Shown here: positions 1-4,789 of the stretch, piece by piece
Layout: the number at the start of each line of letters is the position of its first letter
Position numbering within the stretch: the stretch's first letter is position 1
Virus record (IMG/VR): IMGVR_UViG_3300020041_000087
Location: 1 to 6,380 of that record
DNA from: a virus
Length of the DNA stretch: 6,380 nucleotides
Direction: 5' to 3' (one strand)
Made by a program: the position numbers and the translations under genes
The notes under the pieces: model-generated
The model's input: only the letters and a program-made list of their open reading frames with translations
What the model was told of the DNA's origin: nothing
The model's database searches: none

Positions 1-121
1 CCTATGACTCAAATTTTCAACTCTTCCAAGGCTTCTATTGTTAATCTGTTTAATGCAGGTTATAATCCTCGTTATTTCAATTGGAAGACAAAGCTTGACG
101 TCATCAATGGTGCCTTTACTA
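1..121. repeat. Terminal redundancy, copy 1 (identical to 6260-6380); assembly signature of a circular molecule
   Basis: Base-by-base comparison of cctatgactcaaattttc...ggtgcctttacta at both ends shows no mismatch over 121 nt. Confidence 0.97.
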
Positions 122-381
122 CCACTCTTAAGTCTTGGGTTTCTCCTGTTACCGAATCTCTTCTTTCTGGATGGTTTGGTTTTGGATATAATGAAGGAAC
201 TGTTAATAAAAACAATAAGGTTGTTTTGAATTATAAGTTCTTTAAGGTTAACCCTTCTGTTCTTGATCCTATATTTGGAGTTACTGCGGATTCTACTTGG
301 GATACCGACCAACTTCTTGTCAATTCTTATATCGGTTGCTATGTTGCCCGTAATTTGTCTCGTGATGGTGTACCTTATTAG
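1..381 (+). CDS. VP1: Major capsid protein, 3' part (same gene as 4790-6380; bases 1-121 duplicate 6260-6380); stop TAG 379-381
   Basis: It is in the same frame as 4790 after circularisation ((6260-4790) is divisible by 3). Track ORF 4-381 is its tail (..PMTQIFNSSKASIVNLFNAGYNPRYFNWKTKLDVINGAF...SRDGVPY*). Confidence 0.95.
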   Translation, partial: PMTQIFNSSKASIVNLFNAGYNPRYFNWKTKLDVINGAFTTTLKSWVSPVTESLLSGWFGFGYNEGTVNKNNKVVLNYKFFKVNPSVLDPIFGVTADSTWDTDQLLVNSYIGCYVARNLSRDGVPY

Positions 382-396
382 TTTTTTGTTTTTACT

Positions 397-879
397 ATGA
401 TAGGAAAGTTTAATTCTTTGGAATGTCTGGAACAAGGTTCTGGATTTATTCCTAATGTTGAGCCTGATGCTTTTGCTGTTGCTCCTCAGTTTGATTCTAC
501 CGAGGAACTTCGTGTAGAAATTGATGATACTGATGAATCTCGTCCGGTTCGTTATACTTCTGATGTTCGGTTAATCCTTCATACTAAGGATTTGGCTTCC
601 CGTGCTGGTCTTGCTGTTGCTTCTAAGTTTGGACAAAACAACCAGTCTCCCTCTCAAATTCAGCAAATAATGGATACGATGTCTGATGATGACCTTTTGG
701 CAACGGTACGTTCTCGGCATATTCAGGCTCCTTCTGAAATTATTGCTTGGTCTAAGGAATTGTCTGCTTACGCTGAACATCTTGAGTCTCAAGCTCAAGA
801 ATTGATTGACGCTGAAACTTCTAAACAAAAAACAGAAAAGGCGGATGCTGCTTCCGCTAATGCTGTTTCTTCTGAATAA
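397..879 (+). CDS. Hypothetical acidic 160-aa protein; possible internal scaffolding (VP3-like) protein by position only
   Basis: The ORF is uninterrupted with the same T-ending codon style as the capsid gene. It sits between the capsid and pilot genes, and its TAA (877-879) overlaps the next ATG (TAATG). It is D/E-rich (EELRVEIDDTDESRP, MSDDDLL). I recognise no catalytic motif, so the function is a guess. Confidence 0.7.
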   Translation: MIGKFNSLECLEQGSGFIPNVEPDAFAVAPQFDSTEELRVEIDDTDESRPVRYTSDVRLILHTKDLASRAGLAVASKFGQNNQSPSQIQQIMDTMSDDDLLATVRSRHIQAPSEIIAWSKELSAYAEHLESQAQELIDAETSKQKTEKADAASANAVSSE

Positions 880-1034
880 TGGGTTTACTTAGTTCAATCG
901 CTGGTGGTCTCTTTGGTATTGGTTCTTCTGTTATTCAGAATTCACAAAATAGACAGAATGTCCAGGAGACTAACCAGATGAATTATAAGATTAATCAGAT
1001 GAATAATCAGTTTAACGAACGTATGGCGATATAG
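879..1034 (+). CDS. VP2: N-terminal segment of the pilot / minor capsid protein (VP2, phiX174 H-like), ending at in-frame TAG 1032-1034
   Basis: ATG 879 overlaps the preceding TAA. It encodes MGLLSSIAGGLFGIGSSVIQNSQNRQNVQETNQMNYKINQMNNQFNERMAI*. The glycine-rich hydrophobic N-terminus followed by a Q/N-rich stretch is what microvirus pilot proteins start with. It is in the same frame (0 mod 3) as ORF 1056-2033. Confidence 0.75.
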   Translation: MGLLSSIAGGLFGIGSSVIQNSQNRQNVQETNQMNYKINQMNNQFNERMAI

Positions 1035-1055
1035 CAGCGTAATTGGCAGGAGAAT

Positions 1056-2033
1056 ATGTGGAATAAGGAGAATGCTTATAACACTGCTTCTGCTCAACGC
1101 CAACGTCTTGAAGAAGCTGGTTTGAATCCTTATCTGATGATGAACGGAGGTTCAGCTGGTGTTGCTCAGTCTGCCGGAACTGGTGCTTCTGCTTCTTCTT
1201 CTGGAAATGCTGTTATGCAACCTTTTCAGGCTGATTATTCTGGTATAGGCTCTTCCGTTGGTAACATTTTCCAATATGAGTTGATGCAATCTGAAAAGTC
1301 TCAATTGCAAGGTGCTAGACAGCTTGCTGATGCTCAGGCAATGGAAGTTCTTTCCAATATCGATTGGGGAAAACTTACTGACGAGACTCGTAATTATTTG
1401 AAAACTACCGGGTTGGCTCGAGCCCAGCTTGGTTACGCTAAGGAACAGCAGGAGGCCGATAACATGGCAATGACAGGTCTTATCATGCGTGCTCAACGTT
1501 CTGGTATGCTTCTTGATAATGAGGCTAAAGGTATTTTGAATAAGTATCTTGACCAACAACAGCAAATTGATTTGAATGTTAAGGCTGCGGATTATTATCA
1601 GCGGATGGCTGCCGGCTACCTTTCTTATTCTGAAGCTAAAAAGGCTATAGCTGAAGAGGCTTTGGCCGCTGCTCGTACTCGTGGTCAAAACATTTCTAAT
1701 AAGGTTGCTTCTGCTATTGCTGAGTCTCAAATTGCTGCTAATATTGCGGCTAATGAATCTTCTGCGGCTTATCATAATGAAGAGCTCAGGCTAAATCTTC
1801 CTCAAGACAATGCTCGTAGTAGTAATATTGAGGCATGGTATCGTTCTAGAAATGAGAAGAAAAGGTATAAGTATTTTGACGCTGATAAATGGGTCAACTA
1901 TGGCACTAGCATTGGTAATACTATAGGCAATTTCTTACCTCATAGGATTATTTCTAAGTCTTTTTCTCGTTCCATTAACCATAACTCTAACACTGGTTCT
2001 AATACTAATTATAATTACAATTATAGTCATTAA
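1056..2033 (+). CDS. VP2: Pilot / minor capsid protein VP2 (H-like), main body as an uninterrupted ORF; the true gene most likely begins at 879
   Basis: It contains WNKENAYNTASAQRQRLEEAGLNPYLMMNGGSAG, the block I associate with microvirus VP2 proteins. A long A/Q/E-rich, coiled-coil-like middle follows (AQLGYAKEQQEADN..., AIAEEALAAARTRGQ...). It ends in a low-complexity N/Y/S tail (NTGSNTNYNYNYSH) and stops at TAA 2031-2033. The frame is also open from 1035 back to the TAG. Confidence 0.9.
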   Translation: MWNKENAYNTASAQRQRLEEAGLNPYLMMNGGSAGVAQSAGTGASASSSGNAVMQPFQADYSGIGSSVGNIFQYELMQSEKSQLQGARQLADAQAMEVLSNIDWGKLTDETRNYLKTTGLARAQLGYAKEQQEADNMAMTGLIMRAQRSGMLLDNEAKGILNKYLDQQQQIDLNVKAADYYQRMAAGYLSYSEAKKAIAEEALAAARTRGQNISNKVASAIAESQIAANIAANESSAAYHNEELRLNLPQDNARSSNIEAWYRSRNEKKRYKYFDADKWVNYGTSIGNTIGNFLPHRIISKSFSRSINHNSNTGSNTNYNYNYSH

Positions 2034-2055
2034 CGTTAGTATTTTTCTCATATTT

Positions 2056-2093
2056 ACCCGGCCGTACTCGATGCGTGCCGGGTTTTGTTGTTT
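2056..2093 (+). terminator. Intrinsic (rho-independent) terminator-like hairpin after the pilot gene
   Basis: A 7-bp G/C-rich stem pairs acccggc (2056-2062) with gccgggt (2077-2083). It is extendable by an inner 4 bp (2063-2066 with 2072-2075, one G-T). A T-rich run tttgttgttt (2084-2093) follows. The hairpin begins 23 nt after the VP2 stop. Confidence 0.7.
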
Positions 2094-2395
2094 GGAGTAA
2101 CTTCCGGCAACCGCGCGAAGCGTGGTTATACACTCCCTGAATTCCGGGAGACTCCGTCGACTGGAATCAGAACCGTAAGGTTATAGTACTGCCTTCCTTT
2201 AAGCTTGATGTTCGCAACGCGTAAGCAATTCCCCGGAGAACTTCTCTCTGCCGTCGCTGCTATACCCCTAAAATATTATTTGACGAAGTCTACATGAGTT
2301 TGCCCGAAGGGAAAGCGATTTACCTCATCGCTTTCAGTCTCCTCTTGTCTTATATACGCAAACTCACAGACCAACCTGTCACCCACATAACTTAT
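2094..2395 (+). other. Structured non-coding block (hairpin cluster); candidate complementary-strand origin / DNA-level cis element, or an unclassified ncRNA
   Basis: No ORF of 60 aa or more lies on either strand between 2034 and 2501. Hairpins read by eye: 2109-2127 (8 bp, GAA loop, contains GCGAAGC 2115-2121); 2133-2150 (ctccc/gggag); 2171-2182 (aacc-GTAA-ggtt); 2282-2290 (gac-GAA-gtc); 2303-2311 (ccc-GAA-ggg); 2311-2335 (perfect 9-bp stem gaaagcgat/atcgctttc, 7-nt loop). Local G+C reaches 36/60 in 2101-2160, against about 18-20/60 in the capsid stretches I counted. Confidence 0.6.
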
Positions 2396-2426
2396 TGTTT
2401 ATTTATGTTAATAATACATGCGTATA

Positions 2427-2459
2427 TTTGCTTCTTTTAAATTTTTATTCATATCTTTG
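2427..2459 (+). promoter_or_regulatory. Bacteroidota-type promoter candidate (-33 TTTG, -7 TAnnTTTG) for the 2502-4763 gene block
   Basis: TTTG sits at 2427-2430 and TAtcTTTG at 2452-2459, separated by 21 nt, in an AT-rich tract about 45 nt upstream of ATG 2502. A second TAnnTTTG (tatatttg, 2423-2430) overlaps it. The motifs match the published Bacteroides promoter consensus. Confidence 0.5.
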
Positions 2460-2501
2460 TTTTGTCTTTAAAATCAATGTATAATTAAAATTTTAAGTGT
2501 T

Positions 2502-2675
2502 ATGGAAAATTGTTATTTGTGTTCTGTACAGTCTAAGGTAAATCCTGCTCAAAATGAGACTGTTCTCGTTCCTGTCGAAAGTATTTCTGAGTTTGTTTCT
2601 TCAACTCTCCGGCCTGATTGCCTTCTTATTATTTCTCCATGTTCAACCTTTAAATCAATTTCTGATGAAAAGTGA
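2502..2675 (+). CDS. Hypothetical 57-aa Cys-rich protein (CxxC ... Cx6C), below the ORF-track size cutoff
   Basis: ATG 2502 to TGA 2673-2675 encodes MENCYLCSVQSKVNPAQNETVLVPVESISEFVSSTLRPDCLLIISPCSTFKSISDEK. By hand count 33/57 codons end in T, matching the genome's coding style. The overlapping track ORF frame (2554-2664) has about 11/37. Confidence 0.5.
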   Translation: MENCYLCSVQSKVNPAQNETVLVPVESISEFVSSTLRPDCLLIISPCSTFKSISDEK

Positions 2676-2754
2676 AACTAAGTCTAAAATCTGGTCTGCA
2701 ATTATTGCAGCTGCTGTTAGTCTTCTTACGTCTATTGCTCAGATATTTTCGTAA
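2665..2754 (+). CDS. Hypothetical 29-aa single-pass membrane peptide; holin-like candidate
   Basis: The internal ATG at 2665 of track ORF 2554-2754 gives MKSETKSKIWSAIIAAAVSLLTSIAQIFS*, a charged N-terminus followed by a hydrophobic span of about 19 residues. 16/29 codons end in T. It overlaps the stop of the 57-aa ORF and ends 9 nt before the peptidase ATG. Confidence 0.45.
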   Translation: MKSETKSKIWSAIIAAAVSLLTSIAQIFS

Positions 2755-2763
2755 TCGTAAGCT

Positions 2764-3072
2764 ATGAACCCTGAATTAATGAAATTTGTTGAGTGGCTTC
2801 TTCGCCGAAATCTTCATTTTACTGTCACTTCAGCTTTTCGTACCAAGGAGCAGAATGAGGCATGTAATGGTTCTGAGAATTCTCAGCATTTGACCGGAGA
2901 TGCTATTGATTTAAAGCCTTTGGATTTTTCGGTTGACTCTTTAGTCTTTGTAATTAAAGATTCTCCTTTCAAGTTTGACCAACTTATAAAGTATCGAACT
3001 TTTGTTCATATTTCTTTTGCTCGTGGTCGCAATCCTCGTCAAATGGAGCTTAATTTTTCTAATAGAAAATGA
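2764..3072 (+). CDS. Zinc D-Ala-D-Ala carboxypeptidase-like cell-wall hydrolase (Peptidase_M15 / M15_3-type), 102 aa
   Basis: SAFRTKEQNEACNGSENSQHLTGDAIDL contains the S-x-H-x-x-G-x-A-x-D zinc-ligand signature (nt 2881-2910) after an S-x-x-R..N segment. A downstream FVHISF supplies the third His ligand. There is no signal peptide or TM segment. TGA overlaps the rep ATG (ATGA, 3069-3072). Confidence 0.85.
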   Translation: MNPELMKFVEWLLRRNLHFTVTSAFRTKEQNEACNGSENSQHLTGDAIDLKPLDFSVDSLVFVIKDSPFKFDQLIKYRTFVHISFARGRNPRQMELNFSNRK

Positions 3073-4763
3073 TTACTAAGGAATTACAGAATAAGTTAGT
3101 GACTCGTTGTCAGCACCCTCGTACGGTTGTCAATAAGTATACTCAAGAGTCCGTTGTTGTCCCTTGTGGCCATTGCCCCTCTTGCGTTCTTCGTCGGTCT
3201 TCTATTCAGACAAACCTGCTTGCTACTTATTCTGCTCAATTCCGTTATGTATATTTTGTCACTCTTACTTATGCTCCTTGCTTTCTTCCTACTTTGGAGG
3301 TTTCGGTTGTTGAAACTTGCACGGACGATGTTGCGGACGTATCCTGTGTTCCCAATATTGATGAGTTGGACGCTGATGACCCTAATGCTTATTTGTTTGG
3401 TTTTCGCAGCGTTCCTCGTTCCGCTTCTGTCAAATTAAAAAATTCTACTGTTGAGCGTACGTTTAAAGACCCTGAGATAAAATTTTCTTATCCCATGAAG
3501 CCTAAGGATTTGTTGTCTATTCTTGGGAAGGTTAAGCATAATGTTTCCAATAGAATTCCTTATATTTGTAATCGTGACCTCGATTTATTTTTGAAACGTT
3601 TAAGAAGTTATTTCCCGGATGAAAAATTTCGTTACTACGCTGTATCAGAATACGGCCCTACCAGTTTCCGCCCGCATTGGCATTTGCTATTGTTTTCCAA
3701 TTCCGAACGATTTTCGCAAACTATTTGTGAAAATGTATCTAAGGCTTGGTCTTACGGACGTTGTGATGCGTCATTGTCGAGAGGATTCGCAGCTTCATAT
3801 GTTGCGTCGTATGTTAATAGTTTTGTCGCTTTACCCGACTTTTATACTCAAATGCCAAAAGTGGTGCGACCTAAATCCTTCCATTCCATTGGATTTACAG
3901 AATCAAATCTCTTTCCTCGAGAGGTACGAGTTGCCGAAGTTGACGAAGTTGCCGATAAGTGCCTTAATGGAGTCTGCGTTGAGCGCAATGGACATTTTTG
4001 CACAATTAAACCTTCTTGGCCGTATCTCCTTCGATTATTCCCGAGATTTTCAGAGCCTATTCGTAAATTTCCATCGCGTGTTTACCAGTTATTATCTGCT
4101 GCGTTCACAGCACCCGGGAGAGTCGTTCGTGGCGGATGCGCCGATTTAGATTGCGATCCTTTTAGTGTTGATTCTAAACAATCTCTTTTATCTTTTTGTA
4201 AGAAATATTTAAATTATGTAGATAATTATGGAAAATCAAATGAACATAGGAACTTTCTCTCTCCTCAGGCAAATTTACCGCATAGTGATATTCTCATTTT
4301 GTCTGAATGTCGTTTGTACGATGGTGTTGATTTGGACCCTGTTCATCGCGCCTCCCGCGTCTACCGCTTTTTTCTCGGAATTAAGAAGTTTGTTCGAGTC
4401 TATTCATCAGCCGGAGATCCAAGATGCTTCTTTCCCAGCTGCTTTTTCGGAGGAACATTCCCTGAACAAATAGATTTTTTGCGTATTCTTTCCGTTAAAA
4501 TAGTTGATTTTTGGAATCGTTACGAGTACAATCGTCTTGTTGATTTTTATCAGACTTTGGAAGATTCCAATGACAAAGAATTGGTTGACTTTGAACTTCG
4601 TAACTATTCTTTTCGTTATGATAAGTCTGTTCTTGATGAAGAAACTCCTTATAATGAATTGCCTCTTGTTCGTCACTTGGCTGCCGCGTCATTGATGAAA
4701 TGTCGGGATAAGGTCAAGCACAAGAAGGTTAATGATTTGTCAGGTGTTTTCTTTTATGAATAA
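3069..4763 (+). CDS. VP4: Rolling-circle replication initiator (HUH endonuclease, Microviridae A/VP4 family), 564 aa
   Basis: An N-terminal Cys cluster is present (C14 ... PCGHCPSC). Motif 1 is FVTLTY (3255-3272). The HUH motif is RPHWHLLLF (HWH = 3675-3683). The tyrosine motif is SYVASYVNS, with Tyr codons at 3798 and 3810, two Tyr three residues apart as in phiX174 gpA. Confidence 0.95.
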   Translation: MITKELQNKLVTRCQHPRTVVNKYTQESVVVPCGHCPSCVLRRSSIQTNLLATYSAQFRYVYFVTLTYAPCFLPTLEVSVVETCTDDVADVSCVPNIDELDADDPNAYLFGFRSVPRSASVKLKNSTVERTFKDPEIKFSYPMKPKDLLSILGKVKHNVSNRIPYICNRDLDLFLKRLRSYFPDEKFRYYAVSEYGPTSFRPHWHLLLFSNSERFSQTICENVSKAWSYGRCDASLSRGFAASYVASYVNSFVALPDFYTQMPKVVRPKSFHSIGFTESNLFPREVRVAEVDEVADKCLNGVCVERNGHFCTIKPSWPYLLRLFPRFSEPIRKFPSRVYQLLSAAFTAPGRVVRGGCADLDCDPFSVDSKQSLLSFCKKYLNYVDNYGKSNEHRNFLSPQANLPHSDILILSECRLYDGVDLDPVHRASRVYRFFLGIKKFVRVYSSAGDPRCFFPSCFFGGTFPEQIDFLRILSVKIVDFWNRYEYNRLVDFYQTLEDSNDKELVDFELRNYSFRYDKSVLDEETPYNELPLVRHLAAASLMKCRDKVKHKKVNDLSGVFFYE

Positions 4764-4789
4764 TATGTTTAATTTTTTAATTTGTTTTT

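Noticed and set aside
2398-2430. dif/XerCD-like site (ttatgttaa 2403-2411 and tgcgtatat 2419-2427, reminiscent of the E. coli dif arms TTATGTTAAAT and GCGCATAA)
   Set aside because: The arm order, orientation and spacing do not reproduce the 11-6-11 dif layout. The matches are short words in an AT-rich tract, and I do not know the Bacteroidota dif consensus well enough. It remains only as an alternative role for the intergenic region.
2034-2501. Search for a suppressor tRNA (anticodon CUA) or any tRNA in the non-coding region, which could explain the in-frame TAG
   Set aside because: I checked every cta on the + strand (2268-2270, 2290-2292) and the tag at 2184-2186 in the hairpin block for the minus strand. 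None sits in a 7-nt loop with U33, a purine at 37 and a 5-bp stem. I saw no GTTCRANYC T-loop or cloverleaf. A tRNAscan/Infernal run would be the decisive check.
2554-2664. N-terminal half of track ORF 2554-2754 (MRLFSFLSKVFLSLFLQLSGLIAFLLFL...)
   Set aside because: It is the shadow frame of the 57-aa ORF 2502-2675 and has a low share of T-ending codons (about 11/37). Only the part from ATG 2665 onward matches the genome's codon style.
2662-2677. Hammerhead-ribozyme-like words CUGAUGA ... GAAA
   Set aside because: Only 5 nt (aaagt) separate the two boxes, so no stem II can form. The words lie in the overlap of two small coding frames.
4228-4473. Second +1-frame ORF inside rep (81 aa)
   Set aside because: It is shorter and largely hydrophobic (IVIFSFCLNVVCTMVLIWTLFIAPP). 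It lies partly where rep regains T-ending codons, so it is consistent with the shadow-frame artefact. It would only be revisited if 3619-4149 proves real.
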